A stretch of 64,000 nt of DNA from an uncultured Candidatus Saccharibacteria bacterium (GCA_964394435.1 CAYMXN010000001.1:170428-234427), one strand, 5' to 3'; shown: positions 1-10,391, numbered from the stretch's first letter. Notes: a model not told the origin generated them from the sequence alone. Numbers and translations are program-made.

Positions 1-948
1 ATGCTCAAGACATTTCTTGGCCCGGCAGAAGATGGAGCGAGTACGGTGTATTTCCGTCCGGAAACTGCGCAAGCGATGTTTGTTGATTTTAAAAATGTGT
101 TAGACACGTCCCGTAAACGTTTACCATTTGGTATCGCGCAGCAGGGTAAGGCGTTTCGTAATGAGATTACGCCGGGCAACTTTATTTTCCGTACGCGTGA
201 GTTTGAACAGATGGAGATTGAGTATTTTGTAAATCCAAAAGAGTGGAAGGAACACTTTGAGTATTGGCTTACCCAGATGAAGGCGTGGATTAAGGATCTG
301 GGTGTGCGTGATGAGCACGTGCACTATGTTGAGATTCCCGATGGAGACCGCGCGCACTATTCGCAACGTACCGTTGATGTTGAGTACGATTATCCGTTTG
401 GTCAGAAGGAGCTATATGGTATCGCGTATCGTGGAGATTATGATTTGAGTAATCATATGAAGTTGTCGGGCGAAGATTTGCAGTACACTGACCCAGTTTC
501 TAACGAGAAGTTTTTGCCGCATGTTATCGAGCCGACGTGGGGAGTAGATCGTAGTGTACTTGTGGCGATGCTTGAGGCGTATACGGAAGATACTGCGAAT
601 GAGCGCGTGTATATGAAGTTTCCAAAGTGGATGGCGCCGTATAAGGTTGCGGTATTCCCGTTATTAGCGAACAAGCCGCAGCTCGTTGAAAAAGCGAAGC
701 AGGTATTTGATATGCTTGCGCCAAACTTTACGACCGCGTGGGATGATCGAGGAAATGTTGGTAAGCGTTATTACGCACAAGATGAGATTGGTACGCCGTA
801 CTGCGTGACTGTTGATTTTGACACATTAGGAGAGAAGGGGCCGGAGCTCGCTGACACCGTTACGATTCGTGACCGAGATACGATGCAGCAAACACGTCTT
901 AAAATAAACGAGCTAGTTGCTTATTTGCAGAAAAATTTGAAGGCGTAG
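1..948 (+). CDS. glyQS: Glycyl-tRNA synthetase (class II, dimeric GlyQS type), C-terminal portion; 5' end lies outside the window
   Basis: The translation carries class II GlyRS motifs (GIAQQGKAFRNEITPGNFIFRTREFEQMEIEYF). The ORF is open at the window start. An intrinsic terminator follows. Confidence 0.85.
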   Translation: MLKTFLGPAEDGASTVYFRPETAQAMFVDFKNVLDTSRKRLPFGIAQQGKAFRNEITPGNFIFRTREFEQMEIEYFVNPKEWKEHFEYWLTQMKAWIKDLGVRDEHVHYVEIPDGDRAHYSQRTVDVEYDYPFGQKELYGIAYRGDYDLSNHMKLSGEDLQYTDPVSNEKFLPHVIEPTWGVDRSVLVAMLEAYTEDTANERVYMKFPKWMAPYKVAVFPLLANKPQLVEKAKQVFDMLAPNFTTAWDDRGNVGKRYYAQDEIGTPYCVTVDFDTLGEKGPELADTVTIRDRDTMQQTRLKINELVAYLQKNLKA

Positions 949-953
949 TAGTC

Positions 954-984
954 AAAAAAAACCGCGTTATGCGGTTTTTTGTTT
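954..984 (+). terminator. Intrinsic terminator after glyQS (A-run, aaccgc-gttat-gcggtt hairpin, T-run); could act in both directions
   Basis: A hairpin with a 6-bp GC-rich stem is flanked by an A-run and a T-run, as seen in the sequence. Confidence 0.55.
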
Positions 985-1036
985 GACATAGTTCGTATCC
1001 ATTTGGTTTACTGCTGATAGTTCTTGGAGGTGAGTC

Positions 1037-1333
1037 ATGAGTGATCTCAACGAGAGGCGGCGGTTACGCGAAGGTCGGCAACTTGCTTTGAGTGCGGAGT
1101 TGCTTGCTGGGCGAGCAGAGATTGACGCGCTGCTTGTGCAGAGGGCGTCACTTCCTATGGGTGAAATTGATCGACTCATTCGGCTTGTGCGAACGCAGAT
1201 TGACCAAATGAGCGCTTGCTACGGCGTGCGACTAACCCCTGCACGAGCGGCGGAGTCCAACGAGAGCGAGCTTGATTTCCTCATGAGCGAGCTGGGTGCT
1301 CTCGAGGAGATGATTCTGTCTCTTCCGTCTTGA
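1037..1333 (+). CDS. Hypothetical protein in a GC-rich island
   Basis: A strong SD (ggaggtgagtc) precedes the ATG. Local GC is well above the flanking housekeeping genes. No recognisable domain. Confidence 0.45.
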   Translation: MSDLNERRRLREGRQLALSAELLAGRAEIDALLVQRASLPMGEIDRLIRLVRTQIDQMSACYGVRLTPARAAESNESELDFLMSELGALEEMILSLPS

Positions 1334-1441
1334 GTCTTTCCCGCACTGGCGATAGCTGGTGCGGGGATTTTTTATGTATGCGTGATTTGAAATCTAGCGC
1401 TTACTTCCTTATCATTAGTTTAGTTCCTTAGGAGAAGAGTC

Positions 1442-1663
1442 ATGGATGAGTCAATTCGCAGTCAGTTTGCTCGACGAGGCGAGCTGTCTCCTGTCGAGCT
1501 CGCAGATCTCGAGGCTCGGATCAGGGAAGCGCTTCGTGCAAGGCGAGGGCGTTTTGGTGGGATTTCGGGAAATGGCGGAGGTGCCATCACAGTTCTTGAG
1601 CGCCTCTATTACGATCTCCTTTCTACTGAGACGGTTAAGAGGAATGCTGGGCGATTTTTTTAG
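1442..1663 (+). CDS. Hypothetical small protein in a GC-rich island
   Basis: An SD (ggagaagagtc) precedes the ATG. The overlapping frame 1446..1730 is less convincing. No domain recognised. Confidence 0.35.
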   Translation: MDESIRSQFARRGELSPVELADLEARIREALRARRGRFGGISGNGGGAITVLERLYYDLLSTETVKRNAGRFF

Positions 1664-1704
1664 TGCACGCGCTTTTCTCAATAATCATCTTCTGGAGGTA
1701 AGCG

Positions 1705-2118
1705 ATGCGGCCGAAAATTCCGGTGGTTGATGGATTGAGCTGTGCGATTTCGAGGCTCGTTTATCTCGTCGCAGGCCTTCTTGAAGAACATTTCAAGAAG
1801 CTCAAGCTGGTTTCTCCTTATGACTATGCCGGGTTCGACTTGGAGGTGGTTGATCGCGAGGAGGCGTATGTAGCTCTGAAGATACGCCCGCGAGGATGGG
1901 GAGAGGTTGCTGAAATCTATGCGACCTTTCATCGTCAGAATCGGCATGGGAAATACTGGAGCTGGTCTTTCGGTGGGGGGAGGGTTCTCGCTCCCGGAGC
2001 TTGTGGATGGCTCTCCTTTGAGCCGATGCGAGATGCTGCTACCGGAAAGATAATTCTCGGGAAGGTTGTTTCGCCGGCGCAGAAGGTTCCGCTTACAACT
2101 GCGGATATCCCGGTTTAG
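1705..2118 (+). CDS. Hypothetical protein in a GC-rich island
   Basis: An SD (ggaggtaagcg) precedes the ATG. 137 aa. No domain recognised. Confidence 0.45.
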   Translation: MRPKIPVVDGLSCAISRLVYLVAGLLEEHFKKLKLVSPYDYAGFDLEVVDREEAYVALKIRPRGWGEVAEIYATFHRQNRHGKYWSWSFGGGRVLAPGACGWLSFEPMRDAATGKIILGKVVSPAQKVPLTTADIPV

Positions 2119-2213
2119 CGTGTGTCTTGAAAATTGATTGTTTTGCCCCGAGGGTCTGACTCTCGGGGCGCTATCTTTTTAAAAATGCAATTTACGTTTA
2201 TACTCACATCTAT

Positions 2214-3485
2214 ATGAAACCATTTTCGAAAATGACACTGCCGAACGGCCTGAAGATTATTACGGTTCCGCAGGCTGGTGCGGTAGCGATGACTGTGCTG
2301 ACACTAGTTGAGTGTGGGAGTAAGTATGAGGAGAAGCGGATTAATGGTATCTCGCACTTTTTAGAGCACCTATGTTTTAAGGGTACGACGAATCGTCCTA
2401 AGCCGAGTATGATTGCGGGTGAGCTAGATGGCCTTGGTGCGCAGTCAAACGCATTTACGAGTCATGAGTATACCGGTTATTACGCCAAGGTGAGTGCGGA
2501 TAAGGGAGAAAAGGCTTTGGAGATTATTGCGGATTTATATATGAATCCGATTTTTGATGCTGATGAGATTGAGCGTGAAAAGGGTGTGATTATTGAAGAG
2601 ATTAATATGTACGAGGATATGCCTCAACGGAAGATTGGTGATTACTTTATGTCGCTTTTATATGGAGACCAGCCGGCCGGTTGGGATATTGCCGGTGAGC
2701 GCGAGCTTATCAAGAAGATGATGCGTGAGGATATTGTGAAATATCGGAGTCAGCACTATTTACCGGCTGCCACTACGTTGGTTATTGCTGGCGGTTTTGA
2801 TGAGCAAAAGATTATTGCGCGGGCTCAAGAGTTATTTGGGACGATGGCCGGAGGCGTTAAGGCGGGTAAGGTGGCGGTTAAGGAAAGCCAGAGTGAGCCG
2901 GCGGTATTTTTGAAATACAAGAAATCTGATCAGGCACATATTGTACTTGGTGTTCGGGCGTTTGATTTGAGCGATGATCGTCGTTATGTGATTGAGGTCT
3001 TGGGCGATATTTTAGGAGGCGGTATGAGCTCGAGGTTGTTCCAGTTGCTCCGAGAAAAGTACGGCGCAGCGTATTACGTCCGCGCGGGAGCTGATTTGTA
3101 TACGGACCATGGTTATTTTGCCGCATCAGCTGGACTTGAGCTTTCCAAGGCCCAGATGGTAATTAGTGAGATCTTGAAAGAGTTCAAGCGTCTGACGACT
3201 GAACTTGTTTCTCCGGAAGAGCTGGCGCGCGCAAAGAGCCATATGATTGGCAACTTACTTTTAGGCTTGGAGGGTTCGGACGACTTGGCGGTATTTTATG
3301 GAACACAGGAAGTGCTTCGTCATACTGTTATGACGACTGATGATTTGATTGCGGCGGTTAACAAGGTGACCGCGGAAGAGATTCGTGATTTGGCGAAATT
3401 CTTATTTGTGAAAGAAAAATTAAACTTGGCGATTATCGGCCCGTACGAGCAGGTGGATGAGTTTAAGAAGTTGCTCGTGCTCTAG
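2214..3485 (+). CDS. M16 family zinc metallopeptidase (insulinase/pitrilysin-like)
   Basis: Carries the inverted zinc motif HFLEH near the N-terminus. 423 aa, typical of M16 peptidases. Confidence 0.85.
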   Translation: MKPFSKMTLPNGLKIITVPQAGAVAMTVLTLVECGSKYEEKRINGISHFLEHLCFKGTTNRPKPSMIAGELDGLGAQSNAFTSHEYTGYYAKVSADKGEKALEIIADLYMNPIFDADEIEREKGVIIEEINMYEDMPQRKIGDYFMSLLYGDQPAGWDIAGERELIKKMMREDIVKYRSQHYLPAATTLVIAGGFDEQKIIARAQELFGTMAGGVKAGKVAVKESQSEPAVFLKYKKSDQAHIVLGVRAFDLSDDRRYVIEVLGDILGGGMSSRLFQLLREKYGAAYYVRAGADLYTDHGYFAASAGLELSKAQMVISEILKEFKRLTTELVSPEELARAKSHMIGNLLLGLEGSDDLAVFYGTQEVLRHTVMTTDDLIAAVNKVTAEEIRDLAKFLFVKEKLNLAIIGPYEQVDEFKKLLVL

Positions 3486-3546
3486 GAGATTGTAAGAACA
3501 TTTTTCGCGTGGTATTTTTTCATTGGCACATTGAGTTGCTAGTAAT

Positions 3547-3867
3547 TTGGCTAGCACGAAAGGAGTGATTATGAGTATTTGTGGTTGGGTGGCGAATGAT
3601 CCCGATCCTGACTCCGATATTGAGCCCAGCCTTGAAGCAGTTGAGCTTGCGACCGTGCAGTATCGGGTTGCGTATGAACCACACCGGGCGCGGCAGCTTT
3701 GCTCTCTAATTAGTAGCCGCATACAGGCTTTTGCGAGGCGTTATCCCCAAATTGCGATGCCTGGCGGTAAGGGCCTCGAGAATCCTTTTTTGGCGATCTC
3801 CTTGCTTGCGCAGCTCGAGCAGAAGATTCGTGATATGCACGATTGGGGCTGGCTTTTGGCGGGGTAG
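3547..3867 (+). CDS. Hypothetical protein (GC-rich ORFan)
   Basis: A strong SD (aaaggagtgatt) precedes the ATG. GC-rich. No domain recognised. Confidence 0.4.
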   Translation: MASTKGVIMSICGWVANDPDPDSDIEPSLEAVELATVQYRVAYEPHRARQLCSLISSRIQAFARRYPQIAMPGGKGLENPFLAISLLAQLEQKIRDMHDWGWLLAG

Positions 3868-3960
3868 TCCAACGGGTGGCGTCATATATTTGACTGTCAC
3901 CCGTTTTCTTTTTCGTATTGTGTAAGGTACAATACAAATAGTTTATTAATACGTAGTGCA

Positions 3961-4992
3961 ATGGAGGCAAAAGAATTTTCAATAAGTTGGGGTTCACTGT
4001 GGCGCATCGTCGCTATGGTGAGCTTGGTTGGTATCTTGTATGCATCAAGCTCTATCTTGGTGGCACTTTTTGTTGCGATTATTGTTTCTGCGGCGCTTGA
4101 TCCGTTTGTAAGTTGGTTGGAGAAAAAACGCATCCCGCGTATCTTGGGTACTTTGGCGATTTATATCATCGCTATTTTCGGCATCGCCTTAGTGATTTAT
4201 ATCGTTGTTCCGATTTTTCTCGTCCAGCTTAATAGTTTATTGAGTAATTCGGGTGACGTCGTAGGTAGTTTCTTTGGTTCGTTTAATGCGAGCTCTTCGC
4301 AGATTTTGGCGCAGATTAACGGATATGTAGATGAGCTGACGGCGACACTTTTGAGTGGAAAAATTACGCTGCTTAATATTGTGGCGAAGTTTCTTGGTGG
4401 ATTTATTCTCACCGTAGTTGTCTTTGTCCTTTCATTTTATCTGACGGTTGGGCGCGATGGGGTTGAGAAGTTTTTGATTGCCGTGTTGCCGTATAATACG
4501 CAACCGCGCGTGCTCGATATTTACGAGCGAGTCCGAGTAAAGATTAGTCGATGGTTTATTGGACAGATGTTTTTAAGTTTGATTGTTGGTATCGCCGTAT
4601 TTATCGGACTTTCGATTCTTGGCGTAAAATACAGTCTTTTACTTGGTGTAGTCGCCGGATTGTTTGAGATTATTCCATATGTCGGGCCGATTTTTTCCGG
4701 TGGCTTGGCGATTTTATTTGCGCTCACTACGTCGCCGACGCTTGGATTGTATACGCTCCTTTTGTTCGTTGCGATTCAGCAGCTTGAGAGTCATTTGCTG
4801 ATTCCTCAAGTTATTGGGTATACGACTAACCTAAGTCCGGTGGTTGTACTTGTGGCACTTCTGATTGGTGGGCAGGTATTGGGAATTGTCGGTGTACTTA
4901 TCTCGGTGCCTTCGGCGGTGTTGTTCCAAGAGATTCTGCGTGCGTGGTCTGGGTCGCATGCGCATACGCGCCCACTTGATAGCGCGGTCTAG
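3961..4992 (+). CDS. AI-2E family transporter (UPF0118/PerM-like membrane protein)
   Basis: Multi-pass membrane protein with a conserved AI-2E core (GQMFLSLIVG...LFEIIPYVGPIFSGGLAILFAL). Confidence 0.8.
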   Translation: MEAKEFSISWGSLWRIVAMVSLVGILYASSSILVALFVAIIVSAALDPFVSWLEKKRIPRILGTLAIYIIAIFGIALVIYIVVPIFLVQLNSLLSNSGDVVGSFFGSFNASSSQILAQINGYVDELTATLLSGKITLLNIVAKFLGGFILTVVVFVLSFYLTVGRDGVEKFLIAVLPYNTQPRVLDIYERVRVKISRWFIGQMFLSLIVGIAVFIGLSILGVKYSLLLGVVAGLFEIIPYVGPIFSGGLAILFALTTSPTLGLYTLLLFVAIQQLESHLLIPQVIGYTTNLSPVVVLVALLIGGQVLGIVGVLISVPSAVLFQEILRAWSGSHAHTRPLDSAV

Positions 4993-5027
4993 GCGGTTTA
5001 TAGTTGTCTGCGAAACTATCTAATTCT

Positions 5028-6476
5028 ATGAAATTTTATCTGACTGCAGCGATTCCATATGTAAATGCGAAGCCGCACATCGGGCATGCGCAGGAGCTTG
5101 TTCAGGGTGATGTTATTGCCCGTTTTCGCAAATCGCTTGGCGATGATGTTTCATACATTACCGGTTCTGATGAAAACTCGCTTAAAATTGTTCAGGCGGC
5201 GGAAAAAGAAGGATTGTCTGCTGATCAACTTGCTGTTAAATACGGAAAATCGTTTCAGGATTTAATTGCGGCGCTTCATATCAGCATTGATGTGTTTCAG
5301 CGCTCGAGTGCGGCTAATAACGCTGCGTCTGCTCAAGAGTTGTGGAAGCGCTGCGAGGCGAATGGTGATATTTATAAGAAAACATATAAAGGGTTGTACT
5401 GTGTTGGTTGTGAAGCGTTTTATACCCTTGATGAGCTTAATGAAAAGGGTGAGTGTTTTGAACATCCAGGTAAAAAGCTCGATGAGGTTGAAGAGGAAAA
5501 CTATTTCTTTAAACTTTCCCGCTATCAAGCAATGCTTGAGGATTTAATCACTTCTGGGACGTATGCTATTTCTCCGGCGTTTCGTAAAAATGAGGCGCTT
5601 GGATTTATCAAGCAGGGCCTTCAGGATTTTTCAATTTCACGTAGTAAAGAGCGAGCAAAGGGTTGGGGTGTCCCGGTGCCGGGCGATGAGAGTCAGATTA
5701 TGTATGTTTGGTTTGATGCGCTCAATGTCTATCGTTCGGCGATGCCTGATAAGTGGCCAGCTGATTTGCATATTATCGGTAAGGGCATTTTCCGTTTCCA
5801 TGCTATTTATTGGCCGGCTATTTTATTGTCTGCGCGACTTCCGCTTCCTAAGAAGTTATTTGTGCATGGATATTTTACGGTGAATGGACAGAAGATGAGC
5901 AAGACGCTTGGCAATGTGGTTGATCCGATGGAACTTATCGTGAAGTATGGTTCTGATGCGGTTCGCTATTTCTTGCTTCGCGAGATTCCGTCTGATGGTG
6001 ATGGAGATTTTAGCGAAGAGAAGTTTAAGATTCGTTATAATGCTGATCTTGCAAATGGTATTGGTAATTTTGCGGCGCGTGTTCTAACGCTCGCTCAAAC
6101 GTTTGGTGCGCTATCGTTTGATTTTGAGCAAAAAATCGAAATTGAAACGCTTAAGGCGATCGAGGCTGCGAATGCCGAGGTGCCAAAGTGTATTGGTGAG
6201 CTAGATTTCTATAACGCTTTGTTGGCGATTTGGAAGCTGATTGGATATGGCGATGGATACGTAAATGCTAAGAAGCCATGGGAGTTGCCAGCGGGATCTC
6301 CTGAACAGGGGGCGGCGCTCGTCAGTTTACTCTATATTTTATACACTGCTTCGAGTTTGTTGATGCCGTTTTTGCCAGAGACTGCTGTAAAAATTCAGGC
6401 GTGTATTGCTATCGATAAAGAAAAGAAAGAGTATCGTTGTTCAAAGCCAAGCGCGTCTCTTTTCCCGCGATTGTAA
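5028..6476 (+). CDS. metG: Methionyl-tRNA synthetase (short form, no C-terminal tRNA-binding domain)
   Basis: HIGH-type motif (PHIGHA) and KMSKT motif are present. The likely start is the ATG at 5028 (MKFYLTAAIPYVN) rather than the ORF-track TTG at 5004. Confidence 0.9.
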   Translation: MKFYLTAAIPYVNAKPHIGHAQELVQGDVIARFRKSLGDDVSYITGSDENSLKIVQAAEKEGLSADQLAVKYGKSFQDLIAALHISIDVFQRSSAANNAASAQELWKRCEANGDIYKKTYKGLYCVGCEAFYTLDELNEKGECFEHPGKKLDEVEEENYFFKLSRYQAMLEDLITSGTYAISPAFRKNEALGFIKQGLQDFSISRSKERAKGWGVPVPGDESQIMYVWFDALNVYRSAMPDKWPADLHIIGKGIFRFHAIYWPAILLSARLPLPKKLFVHGYFTVNGQKMSKTLGNVVDPMELIVKYGSDAVRYFLLREIPSDGDGDFSEEKFKIRYNADLANGIGNFAARVLTLAQTFGALSFDFEQKIEIETLKAIEAANAEVPKCIGELDFYNALLAIWKLIGYGDGYVNAKKPWELPAGSPEQGAALVSLLYILYTASSLLMPFLPETAVKIQACIAIDKEKKEYRCSKPSASLFPRL

Positions 6477-6512
6477 ACAAAAATGAGTCCAACATGGATT
6501 CATTTTTGTTTT
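6477..6512 (+). terminator. Intrinsic terminator after metG
   Basis: aaaaaatgagtcca-aca-tggattcattttt hairpin followed by gttttag. Confidence 0.55.
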
Positions 6513-6656
6513 AGAAATTAAAAGGGGGTCGACAACTCGCGTTGACGACCCCAGGCTTTCAGGGGAACTCCGGTTGGGAGGGTTGGCAGGAGGAACGTCG
6601 GGGGACGTTTCCGAAGCTCGACCCTGATTGGCCATATATCTATCATACCATTCTTT

Positions 6657-6905
6657 CCTAAAAAAACAACCGCGTCACATTGAAGTGAAGCGCGGTCATT
6701 GGGCTGTCCCGAGGGTGTGGGAGGGAGGAGGTTGCGGCTGCGTGCGTAGTCGTCGATGCACATGGGGTGCTGACGGGGTTGCGCGCCACTAACCTTAGTA
6801 CACTGGAGGAGCTTCGTGTCTGCTCCTAAGATTGGTCAGTCTGGGAAGAAGTCGCCCGGACTGGATCTTTGTTTTTCCCTACCCACACCTGGGAGGTAAT
6901 GTATA
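6657..6905 (-). ncRNA. Candidate structured small RNA (about 250 nt) with a long 5'/3' closing helix; class unknown, 6S-like architecture is possible
   Basis: No credible ORF. GC-rich. Strong minus-strand intrinsic terminator (accgcg..tcac/gtga..cgcggt hairpin plus U-run at 6657-6700). The 5' segment cccaggtgtgggtaggg can pair with the 3' segment ccctcccacaccctcggg. A weak promoter-like TTGACG..AACAAT lies upstream. Confidence 0.25.
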
Positions 6906-6972
6906 TTGTTCTCTTTTTGAGTCTTTTCGTCAAGGGCTTGTGGATAACTCTAAAATTGCTAGTATTTAAGCT

Positions 6973-7815
6973 ATGTTTGATGCGCATACGCACGTTCACT
7001 TTCCCGCTTTTGATGCTGACAGGCCAGAAGTGATGAAACGTGCTCAAAAAGAAGGAATTAAAATGATTACGGTTGGTACTCAGCTCTCCACTTCTCGTGG
7101 GGCGATTGAGTTTGCGCGAAAATATCCGGGCGAGGTTTGGGCGACGGTCGGATTTCATCCCGGACACGTTGGTAGTGCTGAAACGTGGCATCATGATGCC
7201 AAGGAGCAGAAAGAGTCTGTCAAAGAGTCGTTTGATGCCGATGCGTTTGCAGAGCTTGCTGACGACGAGCGAGTGGTTGCGATTGGCGAGTGTGGTCTCG
7301 ACTACTATCGTTTTGACGGATTGACCGAACGACAAGTGATGCTTTTAAAAGAAGAGCAGAAAAATGTGTTTATCGCCCAGGCGCAAATTGCCTTAAGTGT
7401 TGGGAAGGCGCTGATGATTCACTGTCGACCCTCGAAAGGAACGGATGACGCGTATGAAGACTTACTTTCTATATTATCGGCTCCGATTTATGCGCCGCTG
7501 AAAAAAGTGCTGCATTTTTATGTTGGTTCATCGGCGATGACGAAGAAATTTGTTGATGCTGGTTTTTATTTTACCTTTGGTGGCGTTATCACCTTTAGTA
7601 GAGATTATGATGCAACAATTGCGGTGATTCCGATGGATAGGATATTAATGGAGACTGATGCGCCATATGTGGCGCCAATGCCGTACCGAGGCAAGCGAAA
7701 CGAACCATCTTTTGTTGTTGAGTCAGCTAAAAAAATGGCGGAGCTCAAGGGGGTTAGCTATAATGAGATGGAGCGAATTACTGAAGAGAACACTAAACAT
7801 GTTTTTAGCATTTAA
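6973..7815 (+). CDS. tatD: TatD family metal-dependent hydrolase (deoxyribonuclease)
   Basis: N-terminal MFDAHTHVHF histidine cluster and overall TatD length and pattern. Confidence 0.85.
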   Translation: MFDAHTHVHFPAFDADRPEVMKRAQKEGIKMITVGTQLSTSRGAIEFARKYPGEVWATVGFHPGHVGSAETWHHDAKEQKESVKESFDADAFAELADDERVVAIGECGLDYYRFDGLTERQVMLLKEEQKNVFIAQAQIALSVGKALMIHCRPSKGTDDAYEDLLSILSAPIYAPLKKVLHFYVGSSAMTKKFVDAGFYFTFGGVITFSRDYDATIAVIPMDRILMETDAPYVAPMPYRGKRNEPSFVVESAKKMAELKGVSYNEMERITEENTKHVFSI

Positions 7816-7817
7816 CT

Positions 7818-10286
7818 ATGAAGTATGATTTTTCCGAAATAGAAAAGCGCTGGCAGGCCGAGTGGGAAACGTTGGGTATTTATAATGCGAAAGGGAATCC
7901 TTCGGCTGGCTCAGAACAAGCGGGTAAAAAATGGTACTCGTTATTTGAGTTTCCTTATCCATCTGGCGATGGTCTGCATGTCGGACATTTGCGGCCATAT
8001 ATTGGTATGGATGTTATTTCGCGTAAGAAGCGCATGGAGGGTTATGACGTGTTGTTTCCAATTGGTTGGGACGCGTTTGGTTTACCGACCGAGAACTATG
8101 CGATTAAAAATGGTATTTCTCCGGAGGTAGCTACAAAAAAGAATACTGATAACTTCCGTAGACAGTTTAAATCGTTTGGCCCATCGCTTGATTGGAGTCG
8201 GGAGATAGATACGACCGATCCGAACTACTATAAATGGACGCAGTGGATGTTTTTAAAGTTTTTTGAAAAGGGAATGGCGTATAAGGCGAAGACGTATATT
8301 AACTGGTGTCCAAAAGACAAGATTGGTTTAGCGAATGAAGAAGCAGCTGGCGGTGTGTGCGACCGCTGTGGTGGCCCGGTTGAGAAGCGCGAAAAAGAGC
8401 AGTGGATGATTTCGATTACGAAGTATGCGGATAAACTTCTCGATGGTTTGAAGGACGTTGATTATATTTCGCAGGCGAAAATTCAGCAGGAAAACTGGAT
8501 TGGGCGCTCTGAAGGTGCGGAGATTGAGTTTAAGTTAAAAGGTATTGTAAAAAGTTCTGACGGAAAGCCACTTACTATTGGCGTTTTTACAACGCGACCA
8601 GATACGATATTCGGTGCGACATATCTCGTGTTGGCGCCCGAGCATGACTTTATAGCAGGCCTTATTAAAGGTCTCTTCCCATTGCTTAACCGAGAAGAAG
8701 TTATTACGTATGTAGAAGCGGCGCGAAAGAAGTCTGAAGACGAACGTAATTCGGCTGACAAAGAAAAGACTGGCGTCGAGCTTAAAGGTATTAAGGCGAT
8801 TAACCCGGCGACCAATGAAGAGATTCCGGTGTATGTTGCTGACTATGTGCTGACTGGATATGGAACCGGAGCGATTATGGCGGTGCCGCAGCATGATGAG
8901 CGTGATCAGGCTTTTGCTAAAAAGTTTAATTTACCGATTGTTGATAAGCCCCTTGTTTCGGTAGATGAGGTGATGCAGATTACTGGTGGTAAAAAAACAG
9001 TGAAGTATAAACTTCGCGACTGGGTGTTTTCTCGTCAGCGCTATTGGGGTGAACCGATTCCGCTTGTGTATTGCGAGCAGTGCGCATCGATGCATAATCA
9101 TCGGACTATTGCCAACGAAGGTGAGCGCCTGAACCCAGGATGGTTTGCTGTTGTTGATGCAGCGTTGCCAGTTGTGTTGCCGAAAGTAGAAAAGTACCAG
9201 CCGACTGATACGGGTGAGTCGCCACTGGCAAATATGACCGAGTGGGTGAACACGACGTGTCCAAACTGCAAGGGACCTGCCAAGCGCGAGACTGATACGA
9301 TGCCAAACTGGGCGGGAAGTTCCTGGTACTTTTTGCGTTATACCGACCCGGCTAATATGAAAGAGTTTGCGAGTACGGAAGCACTTAAAAATTGGATGCC
9401 GGTTGATTGGTATAACGGAGGAATGGAGCACACGGTGTTGCACCTTTTGTATTCGCGATTTTGGAATATGTTTTTGTACGATTGCGGACTTGTTCCAACG
9501 AGTGAGCCGTATAAAAAGCGAACTTCACACGGTCTTATTTTGGCCGAGGGTGGGGTGAAGATGAGTAAGTCAAAGGGCAACGTGATTAGTCCGGATGATA
9601 TTATCGCTGAATATGGTGCGGACGCTTTACGTACCTATGAGATGTTTATGGGTCCGTTCGAGCAGGCGATCGCGTGGGATAAACGGGGTATTTTAGGTAC
9701 AGTCCGTTTCCTTGAGAAGGTTTGGAATATTGCGACGCATACGGTTGACGGTGAAAGTAAGGCGGGAAACTCTTCGGTTGCTACCTCGGAGCGATTGTCC
9801 TCGCCGAACAATCGGACGACTGATAAAGAACTTACTGCGCTACTTCATAAGACGATTAAGAAGGTTTCGGCGGATATCGAGGCGATGGCGTTTAACACCG
9901 CGATCAGTACTTTGATGATTTTTATCAACAAGTGCGATGAGTATCGTTCGATTGATTCGAAGACTATTTGGGCGCCATTTTTACAGTTGCTCGCACCATT
10001 TGCCCCGCATATGGCGGAAGAGTTATGGATGAAGCTTGGTAATACAACTTCTATTCATATTTCGAATTGGCCGGTTGCTGACGAGAAGCTCCTTGTTGAA
10101 GATACGTTTGAATTGATTATTCAGGTTAATGGAAAGATGCGCGATAAGGTGAGTGCTCCGATTGGTATTTCACAAGCTGATGCCGAGGTGTTGGCGCTTG
10201 GTCGCGATGAGGTGAAAAAATGGATTAGCGGAACTCCAAAGAAAGTTATTTTCGTCGAGAATCGCTTGATTAATTTTATTGTGTAA
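7818..10286 (+). CDS. leuS: Leucyl-tRNA synthetase
   Basis: HIGH motif (GLHVGHL), KMSKS motif (KMSKSKGN), editing and Zn insertion regions; 822 aa. Confidence 0.92.
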   Translation: MKYDFSEIEKRWQAEWETLGIYNAKGNPSAGSEQAGKKWYSLFEFPYPSGDGLHVGHLRPYIGMDVISRKKRMEGYDVLFPIGWDAFGLPTENYAIKNGISPEVATKKNTDNFRRQFKSFGPSLDWSREIDTTDPNYYKWTQWMFLKFFEKGMAYKAKTYINWCPKDKIGLANEEAAGGVCDRCGGPVEKREKEQWMISITKYADKLLDGLKDVDYISQAKIQQENWIGRSEGAEIEFKLKGIVKSSDGKPLTIGVFTTRPDTIFGATYLVLAPEHDFIAGLIKGLFPLLNREEVITYVEAARKKSEDERNSADKEKTGVELKGIKAINPATNEEIPVYVADYVLTGYGTGAIMAVPQHDERDQAFAKKFNLPIVDKPLVSVDEVMQITGGKKTVKYKLRDWVFSRQRYWGEPIPLVYCEQCASMHNHRTIANEGERLNPGWFAVVDAALPVVLPKVEKYQPTDTGESPLANMTEWVNTTCPNCKGPAKRETDTMPNWAGSSWYFLRYTDPANMKEFASTEALKNWMPVDWYNGGMEHTVLHLLYSRFWNMFLYDCGLVPTSEPYKKRTSHGLILAEGGVKMSKSKGNVISPDDIIAEYGADALRTYEMFMGPFEQAIAWDKRGILGTVRFLEKVWNIATHTVDGESKAGNSSVATSERLSSPNNRTTDKELTALLHKTIKKVSADIEAMAFNTAISTLMIFINKCDEYRSIDSKTIWAPFLQLLAPFAPHMAEELWMKLGNTTSIHISNWPVADEKLLVEDTFELIIQVNGKMRDKVSAPIGISQADAEVLALGRDEVKKWISGTPKKVIFVENRLINFIV

Positions 10287-10291
10287 ATTGC

Positions 10292-10328
10292 TTTTAAAAC
10301 ATTCCTACATTCTGCAGAATGTAGGAAT
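10292..10328. terminator. Perfect 17-bp palindrome (aacattcctacattctg / cagaatgtaggaatgtt) between convergent leuS and 10392..10823; probably a bidirectional terminator
   Basis: Perfect inverted repeat. A T-run follows on the minus-strand reading. Confidence 0.5.
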
Positions 10329-10391
10329 GTTTACGATGGGCGTAAATAAAAAGCACGCAGAGGTCGGATGACCAACTGCGTGTGAAAGGAG

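Noticed and set aside
6826-7335. A 169-aa minus-strand ORF.
   Set aside because: It overlaps the well-supported tatD gene and its upstream region and has low-complexity composition.
8483-9580. Several minus-strand ORFs (8483..8815, 8535..8894, 8931..9443 and others) inside leuS; similar antisense ORFs occur inside metG, ligA, serS, lysS and the pil genes.
   Set aside because: They are fully embedded in strongly supported conserved genes on the opposite strand and have no RBS. These are typical antisense artefacts.
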